Positions 1 to 8,898 of a stretch of DNA of 64,000 bases are shown piece after piece; position 1 is the first letter of the stretch, and each line of letters starts with the position of its first letter. This DNA is from Lentisphaerota bacterium (GTDB lineage: Bacteria; Verrucomicrobiota; Kiritimatiellia; RFP12; JAAYNR01), in contig VGWG01000004.1 of assembly GCA_016873675.1 (NCBI GenBank), positions 2,715 through 66,714 of the forward strand, read 5' to 3'. A program made the position numbers and the translations under genes. The notes beneath the pieces are model-generated. The model had not been told where the DNA came from. It did no database searches and worked only from the letters and a program-made list of their open reading frames with translations.

Positions 1-86
1 AAGAAAATGAACCCGTGACGCAGGCGGTGCGTTTAAGGTTGTGTCACGGACGAAGAGGAAAGATCCATGTCGTAAGCAGGAGCGTT

Positions 87-1283
87 ATGAAGTCACTGAT
101 CGTGGGGCTGATTGTGGCCGCGTGTCTGGGTGTTGCGATTCTGGTCTGGCGTTCGAAAGGCCGCGCCGAAACCGTGCCGCACGCGGTGGCTGCGGTGGCC
201 GTGGAGGCGTCCGCGCCAGCGGTCGATGGTGAGCCGTGGCGGGCTCAGGCCCGCGAGGCAGCGGCGCGGGGGACCGCTTGGCTGATCGCCCATCAGGGCG
301 AGACCGGTGCGTGGTCAGATCCCCGGTTTCCGGCGCTGAGCGGGCTGGCGCTATGGGCGCTGACCGGCTCGCGCGACGCGGCCGCCGCCGGGGCGATCGA
401 CCGGGCGGTGGCGTATCTCCTCACCTGCGTGCAGACGAACGGCGGCATTTATGCCGAGGTTCCGGGGCGCAAGGGAGGGGGACTCAGCAATTACAACACG
501 GCCATCTGCCTGACGGCGCTCCACGCAACCGGCCGACGGGATCTGACGCGGGTGCTCCAGAACGCGCGCACCTTTCTTGCCGCTTCCCAGTATGCGGGGG
601 CGGACGAGTTCCACTTCGGCGGATTTGGCTACGACCACCAGAACCAGCGCGAATACACCGACCTGATGAACACCCATTACGCCGTCGAGGCGATGGGCCG
701 CACGCAGGATGTCGAAGACCTGCGGCCGGCCGGGGAGGCCCGCGCCGATGTCAACTGGGAGCATGTGTTGCGCTACGTGGGCCAGCTCCAGGCAAAAAAC
801 GAAGATGGCGCGGACCACGCGGGCGGCTTTATCTACAACCCGATCGACCCCAAGGCTGGCGTTGAGACGAACGCCTCCGGCCGGGTGGTTCTTCGCGCCT
901 ATGGCAGCATCACCTACGCGGGTCTGATGGCGATGCTCTATGCCGAGGTGCCGCGCGATGATCCCCGCGTGATCTCGGCGGTGGATTACGCGGCCCGGCA
1001 CTGGACGCTCGACGAGAACCCGGGCATGGGTTCCCAGGGACTCTACTTCTACTACAACGTGATCGCACGGGCGCTGACCGCCGGGCGGATGGACGCCGTC
1101 GTCCGGAAGGATGGCGCAGGCGACCCGATCCGCTGGCGTGAGGATCTCGCTCGCAAGCTGGCCGCGCTGCAAAACCCCGATGGTTCGTGGACCAACGCCA
1201 ACAACCGGTTCTGGGAGAACGACCCGGTTCTGGCCACCGCCTATTCCCTGCTCGCGCTCCAGCTCGCCGCAAGCGGACAATAG
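87..1283 (+). CDS. Prenyltransferase/squalene-oxidase-repeat (terpene-cyclase-like alpha/alpha toroid) protein with N-terminal membrane anchor
   Basis: ORF 15..1283. ATG at 87 is preceded by AGGAG (78-82). Hydrophobic N-terminus MKSLIVGLIVAACLGVAILVW. Repeated Q..G.W motifs (HQGETGAWSD, QNPDGSWTN) are typical of this repeat family. Confidence 0.6.
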   Translation: MKSLIVGLIVAACLGVAILVWRSKGRAETVPHAVAAVAVEASAPAVDGEPWRAQAREAAARGTAWLIAHQGETGAWSDPRFPALSGLALWALTGSRDAAAAGAIDRAVAYLLTCVQTNGGIYAEVPGRKGGGLSNYNTAICLTALHATGRRDLTRVLQNARTFLAASQYAGADEFHFGGFGYDHQNQREYTDLMNTHYAVEAMGRTQDVEDLRPAGEARADVNWEHVLRYVGQLQAKNEDGADHAGGFIYNPIDPKAGVETNASGRVVLRAYGSITYAGLMAMLYAEVPRDDPRVISAVDYAARHWTLDENPGMGSQGLYFYYNVIARALTAGRMDAVVRKDGAGDPIRWREDLARKLAALQNPDGSWTNANNRFWENDPVLATAYSLLALQLAASGQ

Positions 1284-1306
1284 AGGCAGAATTCGGTTTT
1301 TTTTGG

Positions 1307-1427
1307 GGGGCTCTTGCAAAACCCTGGACAGGCTGGCAGTGGTGCAGGCGTCTCGCCTGCAATTCCAAGACTGTTCCACATTTTGCAGGCGGGACGCCTG
1401 CACCACAAGGGGTTGTGCAAGCGCCTC
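1307..1427. repeat. Degenerate copy of the GAGGCTCTTGCAAAACC-terminated palindromic (MITE-like) element, carrying two GTCYC-loop hairpins
   Basis: Left arm GGGGCTCTTGCAAAACCC (1307-1324). Right arm GGGGTTGTGCAAGCGCCTC (1409-1427). Internal hairpins are TGCAGGC-GTCTC-GCCTGCA (1343-1361) and TGCAGGC-GGGAC-GCCTGCA (1384-1402). It lies between convergent genes. Confidence 0.7.
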
Positions 1428-3355
1428 TAGCGGTAGATCTCGCCTTTGCGGAAGGCGGCCCAGGCGGTCTCGAACCAGGTGTCGGTTTCGGGAATGGGGC
1501 GGCGCGGCACCCAGCGGTGGGTGAAGAATCCGTCGCTCGATGGAAGTGTTTCCAGGACCTGTTCGCGGAAGGCCGGGTTTTCAGGAACGAACGCCCACTC
1601 GGCGGGCAGGCTGGGATGGATGCGCGTGCCCGTTGGTTCCTGGACCAGCGCCGAACCGCGGCTCCCGACGCCGCTGGCCAGTTGGAAGGCAATGGCGTCC
1701 AAGTAGGCGAGCTGGGCGATGGCGAGCGAGCGGGTGCGAAGCGCCTCGGCGCGGGTGGCGCCGCCGGTGTGGCTGCATCCCGCAGTTTGAATGCGGGACA
1801 CTTGGGCGCGGGCCTCGTCGCGCGCGGTGCGAACGGCGTCTGCCGATCGAATGTGCGCTCCCGCGCGGCTCATCCGGGCCTGAAGTTCGCGACGTTCGTC
1901 GAGCCACGAGGCGGATGCGCCCGAGGCGCCGTTCAACCACGCCTCCAGCGCCGCCATCTGGGCGGTCGCAGCCGCCTGCGCGGCCGTGATATCGAGCGTC
2001 GGCTCGCGGCGCGTGGCGGCGATCTGTTCAGCCGCGCGGAGCGCGCCGACCTGTCCGGAGTTGAGCGCCGAGCCGCCGGGGCGGCACACGCCATGCGAGC
2101 CGTTCACCTCGCCCACGGGGAAGAGCCCCCGAACGTTGAGCGACTCCCACCAGGCGTCGGCGGCAAGCCCCCCGTTGTTGTGCTGGGCGCAGACGGCGAC
2201 CTCGAGCGGCTCGGAGGCCAGATCAATGCCATGGTCGAGGTAGAGCTGAATCGCGCCGGGGTTCATCGTGCGCAGCCGGTCCAGCGGTGTGCCGGAGGTG
2301 GCGCGGGACTTCTCCAGATAGGAGCGGGCCTCGGCGGAGAGGCGGGCCAGGTCGAATCCGGAGGGGTTGCCGCGGAAGTCAAGAAAGACCCGGCGCCCGC
2401 GGCCGACCGTTTCGATATAGACCAGAATGTCGATGAGCGAGGAGCCGCCCGCCACTTTCTGGGTGTCGAACGGCCACTGGTACCCCTTGAGAAAGACGCG
2501 GGAATACGCATCGGCGGGGTCGTCAAACCACGGCAGCAGAAATTCGCGCGGGTCTGAGACGCCGTCCGCCGCTGTGCTCACGAACTTCGGCGCCACCTGC
2601 ATGTAGGTGCCCGAGACGTTCCAGCGGAATTGGATCGAGGCGAGGCCGTACTGCGACTCGGGCAGCGACTGGGCGCGGACGCCGGCCTCGATGGCGAGAC
2701 CGATGCCGCCGGTGTGGCAGGTGGGATAGACGCTGGTCTGATAGAGGCCGCCGGGACCGCCGACGGCGAACACGGTGTTTTCGGCCAGAATCGCCTCGGC
2801 CCGGCCCGCGTCGTCCAGCATGACCGCCCCCGCCGCACGGAGCGGGCGGGCGGGATCGGAGCAGGGGATCGTCAGCAGGGACACAACGTTCCGATGCTCA
2901 AGGACGGGTATTCCCATCCGGGCGACTTCGGCGATCAGCGCGCGGCACATGTCGCGCGAGGTGTAGGGGCCAACCGATGTGGCGCGCTGCCGGGGGTCGT
3001 GGTCCGTCTTGTACCCGACGAACTGGCCAAAGCGGTCACGGGGGAAGGGGACGCCGAGATTCACCAGATTGATGAAGGCGCGGGCGGAATTGGCCGCCTC
3101 GGCGAGGGCGAGGTCGCCGTGCATCGAGCCGCCGGCAAAGAACGTGTCGGCCAACTCGCGCGGCGAATCCGAGGCGCTGGCGCACAGAGCCAGCTTGTAA
3201 TAGGTCTGCTTGTCCGAACCCGTGTTGATCGATGTTCCTTGGTCGAGACCCTCGGTGACGATCAGAAGGTCTTCGATGCCCAGGCGGTGGAGTTGAACGG
3301 CGGCGTTCAGGCCGGCGGCGCCGGAGCCGATGATGAGGGTGTGGCAGGTGCGCAT
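1427..3355 (-). CDS. FAD-dependent oxidoreductase (succinate dehydrogenase/fumarate reductase/aspartate oxidase flavoprotein-like)
   Basis: 642-aa ORF. N-terminal dinucleotide fold HTLIIGSGAAGLNAAVQL. Length and internal motifs resemble FRD/SDH-type flavoproteins. The exact substrate is not inferable. Confidence 0.7.
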   Translation of the reverse strand: MRTCHTLIIGSGAAGLNAAVQLHRLGIEDLLIVTEGLDQGTSINTGSDKQTYYKLALCASASDSPRELADTFFAGGSMHGDLALAEAANSARAFINLVNLGVPFPRDRFGQFVGYKTDHDPRQRATSVGPYTSRDMCRALIAEVARMGIPVLEHRNVVSLLTIPCSDPARPLRAAGAVMLDDAGRAEAILAENTVFAVGGPGGLYQTSVYPTCHTGGIGLAIEAGVRAQSLPESQYGLASIQFRWNVSGTYMQVAPKFVSTAADGVSDPREFLLPWFDDPADAYSRVFLKGYQWPFDTQKVAGGSSLIDILVYIETVGRGRRVFLDFRGNPSGFDLARLSAEARSYLEKSRATSGTPLDRLRTMNPGAIQLYLDHGIDLASEPLEVAVCAQHNNGGLAADAWWESLNVRGLFPVGEVNGSHGVCRPGGSALNSGQVGALRAAEQIAATRREPTLDITAAQAAATAQMAALEAWLNGASGASASWLDERRELQARMSRAGAHIRSADAVRTARDEARAQVSRIQTAGCSHTGGATRAEALRTRSLAIAQLAYLDAIAFQLASGVGSRGSALVQEPTGTRIHPSLPAEWAFVPENPAFREQVLETLPSSDGFFTHRWVPRRPIPETDTWFETAWAAFRKGEIYR

Positions 3356-3428
3356 GGGGTCTCCTTGTCGGGGGAATAAACGAAGAACTCCCGGCCGTTG
3401 CTGACCGGAAGCTCATGCGTCTGTGAGA

Positions 3429-3502
3429 TGGAGGTGCGAAGCGGAGTTGAACCGCTGTTCGAGGTTTTGCAGACCTCTGCCTAACCGCTCGGCCATCGCA
3501 CC
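3429..3502 (-). tRNA. tRNA-Cys (anticodon GCA)
   Basis: The minus-strand 74-nt sequence GGTGCGATGGCCGAGCGGTTAGGCAGAGGTCTGCAAAACCTCGAACAGCGGTTCAACTCCGCTTCGCACCTCCA folds as a cloverleaf. Anticodon loop is CTGCAAA, T-loop is TTCAACT, and CCA is encoded. Confidence 0.9.
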
Positions 3503-3614
3503 CAGTTTATTTCTTCATAGCCGAGCGGTGTCGGGCGACGACTCGCTTGTTGTAAGCGTCGCGCCGGGCACGTTTCAGGCGTTTTCTAAGTTGCTGTCCC
3601 ATAAGTGGGGGCGA

Positions 3615-3643
3615 ACTTTACCACGAAGGGCGGGCCGTGTCAA
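3615..3643 (-). promoter_or_regulatory. Candidate sigma70-type promoter upstream of tRNA-Cys
   Basis: On the minus strand: TTGACA (3643-3638), 17-nt spacer, TAAAGT (3620-3615). It is about 100 nt upstream of the tRNA 5' end. Sequence match only. Confidence 0.35.
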
Positions 3644-3698
3644 CGCGGTTTTTCGTCCGGTTTTTTCGTGCGTGCAACCCGGAAGGCTGAGAACGACG

Positions 3699-4670
3699 TC
3701 ATCCGTTGATGCGGCTTGGCCGGATGCGGCCGGCCAGGCGCACGGCTTGTTCCGGGTCAAACTGCGCGGGCACGCGCGTGAGCGCGTTGGCCATGCCGCA
3801 GCCGAGGCCGGTGCGGACCGCGTCGGCGACGCGATCCGCGTTTGCGAGCCAGGCGTGGATAAAACCCGCCGCCGCGCAGTCGCCGCTGCCGATCGGATTG
3901 TTGACGGGGATCGCCGGCAGATCGTAACGCATCGCGCCGCAGGCACCGATCAGATAGGCGGGATTGCCTCCCTGAGTGACCCAGACCCAGTTCGCCCCTT
4001 CCGCGCGCAATCGTTCTGCCGCGTCGAGGATCGCAGTCTCGTCGGCGCAGGCCGTCCCGCACGTTTTCTCCAACTCGCGCACGTTCAGCTTGACCAGCAG
4101 CGGGCCATACGGGAGGATGCGCAGCAGCCCGCCGCTGTGGGAGTCGATCACCACCGGCACGTTGGCGGCCGTTGCCACCTGCACGAAGGGCGTGTAAAAA
4201 TCCTCATCCATGCCGGGGGGCAGCGTGCCGCTGATCGCCAGCAGCCTCGCCTGCGTTGCCAACCGCCGGTTGCGACTGACAAATGCAGTCCACGCCGCCG
4301 CGTCTGGCTCTGGCCCCTCCTCGATCAGCTCGGTGCTCACGCCTGCCCCGGCGTCAATCACCGTCGTGCACGACCGGGTCGGCCCGGCCAACGGGGTGAA
4401 GCTGGGGTGGATGCCGCGCGCGCGGACATAAGCCGCAACGAACCGCCCCGTCGCGCCGCCGTTGAATCCCGTCACGCGGGCCGGCGTGCCGAGGGTGGCC
4501 AGCGCGACCGCCAGATTCACGGCCTTGCCCCCGGCGGTCTGGTGGCACTCGACTGCGCGGTTGACCTCCCCAAGCTCGACGTGCCGGAACACCAGCGTGC
4601 GCTGCAGCGCAGGCATCAGGCCCAGACAGACCACGTCCGGACGCGCTCCGGGATTGCCGATTTTTTTCAC
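3699..4670 (-). CDS. PfkB-family carbohydrate kinase (1-phosphofructokinase/tagatose-6-P kinase-like)
   Basis: Lies within ORF 3699..5462 (same frame). The homology-like core starts at VVCLGLMPALQRTLVF. C-terminal motif is NPIGSGDCAAAGF. GTG at 4670 has AGAGGA 7 nt upstream. The alternative ATG at 4736 (ATGA overlap with the rnc stop) would translate a palindromic repeat. Confidence 0.8.
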   Translation of the reverse strand: MKKIGNPGARPDVVCLGLMPALQRTLVFRHVELGEVNRAVECHQTAGGKAVNLAVALATLGTPARVTGFNGGATGRFVAAYVRARGIHPSFTPLAGPTRSCTTVIDAGAGVSTELIEEGPEPDAAAWTAFVSRNRRLATQARLLAISGTLPPGMDEDFYTPFVQVATAANVPVVIDSHSGGLLRILPYGPLLVKLNVRELEKTCGTACADETAILDAAERLRAEGANWVWVTQGGNPAYLIGACGAMRYDLPAIPVNNPIGSGDCAAAGFIHAWLANADRVADAVRTGLGCGMANALTRVPAQFDPEQAVRLAGRIRPSRING

Positions 4671-4684
4671 AGTCTCGTCCTCTT

Positions 4685-4727
4685 GAGGCACTTGCAAAAC
4701 CTCTTTCGTCGGTTCTGCAAGAGGCTC
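4685..4727. repeat. Minimal copy of the GAGGCTCTTGCAAAACC palindromic (MITE-like) element
   Basis: GAGGCACTTGCAAAACC (4685-4701), 9-nt loop, GGTTCTGCAAGAGGCTC (4711-4727). Flanked by TCTT on both sides (4681-4684 and 4728-4731). Confidence 0.75.
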
Positions 4728-4732
4728 TCTTG

Positions 4733-5533
4733 TCATGTGCCGACTGCGGGGGCAGGCGGATGCAAGCGGGTCTCGCCCGCATCGAGCGCGTCGAGCGCCG
4801 CCTGCGCCGCAGCCGCCTCGGCGGCGCGCTTGCTCGCCCCCTCCGCCTCGGCCGCGAATCCGGTGCTTAGCGAGACCCGCACGCGGTACTGCGGCTGGTG
4901 CTCGGGTCCGACGGTCGCGACCAGGGTGTAAAGGGGGACCGAGCCGTCGCAGGCCTGAGTCCGTTCCTGAAGCCGTCCCTTGGGATTCCCCGCATGCAGC
5001 ACGCCGATCATCCGATCGGCGTCGAATTGGCCAGCCAGAAACCTCAGAAAGAAAGCCCGCGCGGCCTCGCAGCCGCCATCCAGCCAGATGGCACCCAGAA
5101 GGGCCTCCAGCGTGTCGGCCAACGCCCCCTCGCGATCGCGTCCCCCCGATCGTTCTTCCGACTTGCCTACGCGCATCAGCCCGCTCAGGCCCATCCGGCG
5201 CGCGACGTCGGCCAGGGTTCGGCCATTGGCGACCTGAATGCGCAGCAGGCTCAACCCGCCCTCGTCGGCATCGGGATGGGCGGCATAGAGGTGTTCGGCG
5301 GCCAGCAGCCCGAGGACTGCGTCGCCGAGAAACTCCAGTCGCTGGTTGTTGGCACCGGTTGTGGCATCGGTGCGCCAGGAGGGGAGCGTGAGGGCGGTCA
5401 TCAGCAGCGCGATGTCGATAAAGCGGTAACCGGCGAGGGCCTCGAACGAATCGGCCAGCCACCGGCCATCGGCCGAGGCCGGCAGATTTTCAGGCCTGGG
5501 ATCGTCAGCGAAGGCGCCACGCTCTTCTTCCAC
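4733..5533 (-). CDS. rnc: Ribonuclease III
   Basis: Signature NQRLEFLGDAVLGL, plus a C-terminal dsRBD-like segment (NPKGRLQE ... KRAAEAAAAQAALDAL). GTG start at 5533, 2 nt after the upstream stop. Confidence 0.9.
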   Translation of the reverse strand: MEEERGAFADDPRPENLPASADGRWLADSFEALAGYRFIDIALLMTALTLPSWRTDATTGANNQRLEFLGDAVLGLLAAEHLYAAHPDADEGGLSLLRIQVANGRTLADVARRMGLSGLMRVGKSEERSGGRDREGALADTLEALLGAIWLDGGCEAARAFFLRFLAGQFDADRMIGVLHAGNPKGRLQERTQACDGSVPLYTLVATVGPEHQPQYRVRVSLSTGFAAEAEGASKRAAEAAAAQAALDALDAGETRLHPPAPAVGT

Positions 5534-5535
5534 AA

Positions 5536-6054
5536 TTATTTCTCTTCTTCGGCGAGCAGCGCCTGAATACGTTGCACCACGGTGGTGATCTCGTTCTGGT
5601 TCCGCAGCACTGTGTGCAACAGGTTACCCATCTCGACACAGCGGTGCAGCGACGACAAACGGGCCCGTTCCAGAGTCGTTCGCCGTTCCATCAGGCTGGA
5701 CACCACGCGTTCGAGTTCGATGATCCGCTCATCGGCGCGAGAGAGGTCGCGGCGCAAATGGACAATCTGAGCGAACATGTGCTCGGGGGTCTCGTCCAGA
5801 TCGGCAATCTCCATCCCTTCGGGAATGGGAACCTGAACCAGCTCGCCACATTCGGTGCAGACCACGGTCAACCCCGCGCCGCGAACGTTGATGACCATGG
5901 GATGGTCACAGTGCGGACAGGTGAAATCGATGTCGGACCCTTCATCAATGGGATTGCCCTGATCGTCGACGCGTCCCACTGTGGGTGCAGGCATCAAAAC
6001 ACCCGCCGTCCCCTCGCGGTCAACGCCGTTCTCGGCGTGTTCTGTCTGGCTCAT
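5536..6054 (-). CDS. Zinc-ribbon (CPHC...CTEC) plus coiled-coil protein, function unknown
   Basis: ATG at 6054 with GGAGGG 5 nt upstream. Two CxxC pairs (CPHCDH, CTECGE), then a heptad-like C-terminus. Sits between rpmB and rnc. Confidence 0.5.
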   Translation of the reverse strand: MSQTEHAENGVDREGTAGVLMPAPTVGRVDDQGNPIDEGSDIDFTCPHCDHPMVINVRGAGLTVVCTECGELVQVPIPEGMEIADLDETPEHMFAQIVHLRRDLSRADERIIELERVVSSLMERRTTLERARLSSLHRCVEMGNLLHTVLRNQNEITTVVQRIQALLAEEEK

Positions 6055-6126
6055 ATCACCCTCCGTTACGACGCGGCGATTCAAGCTGCAGGCCGGTTCT
6101 TCATCCGAAAACGCGGTCAAACGCCA

Positions 6127-6354
6127 TCAAGCCTTGACAATATCGGCGCTTTTGAGGCAGGACGCGCAAATCTTGATCTGACGCGAATTGGGCCCATCCT
6201 TGATCCGGATGCTGCGCAGATTCGGCAGAAACCGACGCTGGGTAATGCCGGTCGTGTGCAAACCGATGCCGCCCTTGTATTTGGCAAGGCCGTGACGCAC
6301 AATCCGATTGCCCGTCATAGGCCCTTTGCCACACATATCACAAACTCTGGACAT
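6127..6354 (-). CDS. rpmB: 50S ribosomal protein L28
   Basis: MSRVCDMCGKGPMTGNRIVRHGLAKYKGGIGLHTTGITQRRFLPNL is a characteristic L28 sequence. 75 aa. Confidence 0.9.
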   Translation of the reverse strand: MSRVCDMCGKGPMTGNRIVRHGLAKYKGGIGLHTTGITQRRFLPNLRSIRIKDGPNSRQIKICASCLKSADIVKA

Positions 6355-6418
6355 AAACAGTTCTCCTTGAAAAAGAGAGTCAAGGATAGCATTGCGCAGC
6401 GAATTGAGCAAGGGCATT

Positions 6419-7381
6419 TTACACCAGGACAAAATGCAACCACACCGGCAGGGTCAGCAGACAGACCAGGTGGGTGACAAACACCACGGCGGCGGCAAAG
6501 CCGGGATCGCGGTCATGCAGCTCCGCCAGCGACACGCTCACCATGGCGCTGGGCTGAACCGCCACCACCAGCAGCGTGTTCAGGGACAATCCGTTCACCG
6601 GCAGCGCGTAAAGGAGCGCGACCGCCAGCGCGGGCACCGCCACCAGGCGGAGCAGCACCGTGCCGGCCATTAACCGGTTCCAGATGTGATGCGGACGGAT
6701 ATCGGCCATCCGGCAGCCGCACACCAGGGCCGACACCGGCACCGTCGCCCCGCCCATCAGGCGGCAGGTTTCGATGCCCACCCGGCAGGTCTCACCCAGC
6801 AGTCCGCCCGCCGCCGGCAACAGCCCGCGCGCTGCCAGCACCGCCCGCAGCCCGGTCACCGCGAATGCCGCAGCCAGCGCGATCAGCGGCCCGCTGATCA
6901 GATGCTTCAGGGCGACCACAGAGAGTGTGGCGCCCGTGAGGACCCGGATGCCCAGCGTCCACACGAAAAACTCGGCCCCCATCGCCGCAAACGCGACGAG
7001 CGCCACCGCCCGCTCCCCCCATAGGCTCGCGACGATCATGATCGGTAAAAAGGAGTAGTTGTTTACGGCCACCACGAAACGGAAGCACGCTCGCGTCCCT
7101 TCCGGTCGTCCGCGCAACAGCGGCAAGCACCCCCGTCCCACCAGCCAGCCAATGGCCTGGATTAGAAAGACGGCCGCCGGAAGCATCCAGTTGGCGCACA
7201 GCTCGTTCCAGGACAGATTGCGGATAATCGCGCTGAACACCAGCGCCGGGTAAAACAGGGTGACCAGCACACGCGAGAGCTGCCGGTTGAAAGCCGCATC
7301 AATGACCTGTCTGTGGCGCAGCCACGCCCCGCAGGTCATCATGAGGAAGATCGCCGTGATGTTCAGAAAGATTGAAAACAT
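6419..7381 (-). CDS. AEC (auxin efflux carrier) family transporter
   Basis: About 10 hydrophobic segments with family-like length and composition. ATG at 7381 overlaps the upstream stop by 1 nt (TAATG). Confidence 0.7.
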   Translation of the reverse strand: MFSIFLNITAIFLMMTCGAWLRHRQVIDAAFNRQLSRVLVTLFYPALVFSAIIRNLSWNELCANWMLPAAVFLIQAIGWLVGRGCLPLLRGRPEGTRACFRFVVAVNNYSFLPIMIVASLWGERAVALVAFAAMGAEFFVWTLGIRVLTGATLSVVALKHLISGPLIALAAAFAVTGLRAVLAARGLLPAAGGLLGETCRVGIETCRLMGGATVPVSALVCGCRMADIRPHHIWNRLMAGTVLLRLVAVPALAVALLYALPVNGLSLNTLLVVAVQPSAMVSVSLAELHDRDPGFAAAVVFVTHLVCLLTLPVWLHFVLV

Positions 7382-8898
7382 TATGCCAACACCTTGCAAT
7401 ACGTGACGCGCGCGTCGCCGACATCGTAGAAATCGGCGAGTACCTCGGCCTGGTCAAACCCGGTCCGCTCATAGAACGCGCGCGTCGCGGCGTATTGCGG
7501 GCGTCCCGACGTCTCGGCGTACAACCGCGTGCCGCCGCGCCGCCGCACCTCCGCCTCAGTCTCCTGGAGCAGGATGCGCCCCACGCCGCCGCCCTGCGCC
7601 GCCGGGTCGACGGCGATCCAGTAGAGGTCGTGGCTCGATCGCGTGCAGGGGACCGGGCCGAAGCAACTGTAGCCGACGACCGCGCCATCGCGCTCGGCGA
7701 ACACAAAGAAATACCCCGACGCTTCGCCCTTGGCCAGGCGTTCCTCGATCAGCTCCCGAGCCACGCCCACCTCGTCGGCGTGGAAGAACCCGGTCGACGC
7801 GACGATCCGGCGCACCGCCTCGGCGTCTTCTGGCCGTACGTCGCAGCGGAAGCGGAGCGTCGCCGCCGCTGCCCGGGGGCGTCCCCGGACAACCGGGACG
7901 GCCGCCGCGTCGCCGCCGCGCGCGACGCGCCGCCGCGCCTCCTCGACCAGCCCGCAGACCGCCGCACCGTAGCCGATTCCGGCCGCGTCCAGCGCGGCGG
8001 CGAATCCGGCGTCCGGCGCCAGGCACGGATTGGCGTTCACCTCCAGGATCCACGCCTGCCCGTCCGCATCGACGCGGAAATCGACCCGCGCGTAGCCGGA
8101 AAGCCCGAAGACCCGCCAGCACGCTCGCGCGAGTTCCTCCAGCCTGGCGCACAGCCCGTTTTCGGCCGCGCGGTCCACAAAACGCCGTACCGTGTGTGCG
8201 CACTCGAACGCCGCCGCGTCCCATTTCGCGGCATAGCCGATGATCCGCGGCTTGCCCGGCGGATAAGCGACGAAGACCAGCTCGGCGGGCGGAAGCGCGC
8301 GCACCGCGCCATCCGCGCCCGCGATGAGGCCGACATTGAACTCGCGCCCGTCGACATAGCGTTCGGCGAACCAGCCGTCGCCGCGGCCAGCCGTCACGGC
8401 CTGCGCCGCCGCAGCCGTCACGCCGCGCAGGACGCTGGCGTCGTCGAGCCCGACAGACGCATGCTCCCAGACCGACTTGACGATCCAGTCGCCCCGTCCG
8501 CCCTCCGGCGCGGCAGGGTCCTGACCCTCGACCCAGTCGGCGGTAGGAAGGGCGGCCGCCCGCAGCAGACCCTTCGCCAACAGCTTGCCGGACGTCGCGA
8601 ATTGAGCCTCGGACGAATTGCCGGTGAAGACCACGCCGACCGACTCCAGCGCTGCGGGGACCAGATGAATCAGGCGTCCGCTGCCCGCCAGACTCTCGAC
8701 CAGGTTGAAAACGACGTCGGCGTCCCGGACGGCGGGGTGGCAGACGAGCGCGTGCAGATTCAGCCCGCAGGGGACGACCCGCACCGCATGCCCCGCAGCC
8801 TCCAACGCCGCGCGCACCGCCGCCGCTTCGTCCAGCACATCGCGCTCATCGGGCGGCGCGCCGGGCGGCACACATTGATGGAGGATTGTGATCGTCAT
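7381..8898 (-). CDS. Fusion protein: D-Ala-D-Ala-ligase-like ATP-grasp domain plus C-terminal GNAT acetyltransferase
   Basis: ATP-grasp core (WIVKSVWEHASVG ... YARVDFRVDADGQAWILEVNANPCL). GNAT motif (IAVDPAAQGGGVGRILL ... RAFYERTGF). ATGA overlap with the rex stop. Confidence 0.75.
   Translation of the reverse strand: MTITILHQCVPPGAPPDERDVLDEAAAVRAALEAAGHAVRVVPCGLNLHALVCHPAVRDADVVFNLVESLAGSGRLIHLVPAALESVGVVFTGNSSEAQFATSGKLLAKGLLRAAALPTADWVEGQDPAAPEGGRGDWIVKSVWEHASVGLDDASVLRGVTAAAAQAVTAGRGDGWFAERYVDGREFNVGLIAGADGAVRALPPAELVFVAYPPGKPRIIGYAAKWDAAAFECAHTVRRFVDRAAENGLCARLEELARACWRVFGLSGYARVDFRVDADGQAWILEVNANPCLAPDAGFAAALDAAGIGYGAAVCGLVEEARRRVARGGDAAAVPVVRGRPRAAAATLRFRCDVRPEDAEAVRRIVASTGFFHADEVGVARELIEERLAKGEASGYFFVFAERDGAVVGYSCFGPVPCTRSSHDLYWIAVDPAAQGGGVGRILLQETEAEVRRRGGTRLYAETSGRPQYAATRAFYERTGFDQAEVLADFYDVGDARVTYCKVLA

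Noticed and set aside
3455-3475. The tRNA-Cys anticodon arm (GAGGTCTGCAAAACCTC) resembles the repeat terminus (GAGGCTCTTGCAAAACC).
   Set aside because: The resemblance is about 13 of 17 nt with an indel and lies inside a canonical cloverleaf. A tRNA-derived origin of the element is conceivable, but it cannot be supported from one window.
3699-5462. 587-aa ORF fusing the pfkB kinase to an upstream extension.
   Set aside because: The upstream 240 aa is an alternative frame of the rnc gene on the same strand and is R/G/P-rich. rnc in its own frame has the RNase III signature. The kinase is taken from 4670 (or 4736) only.
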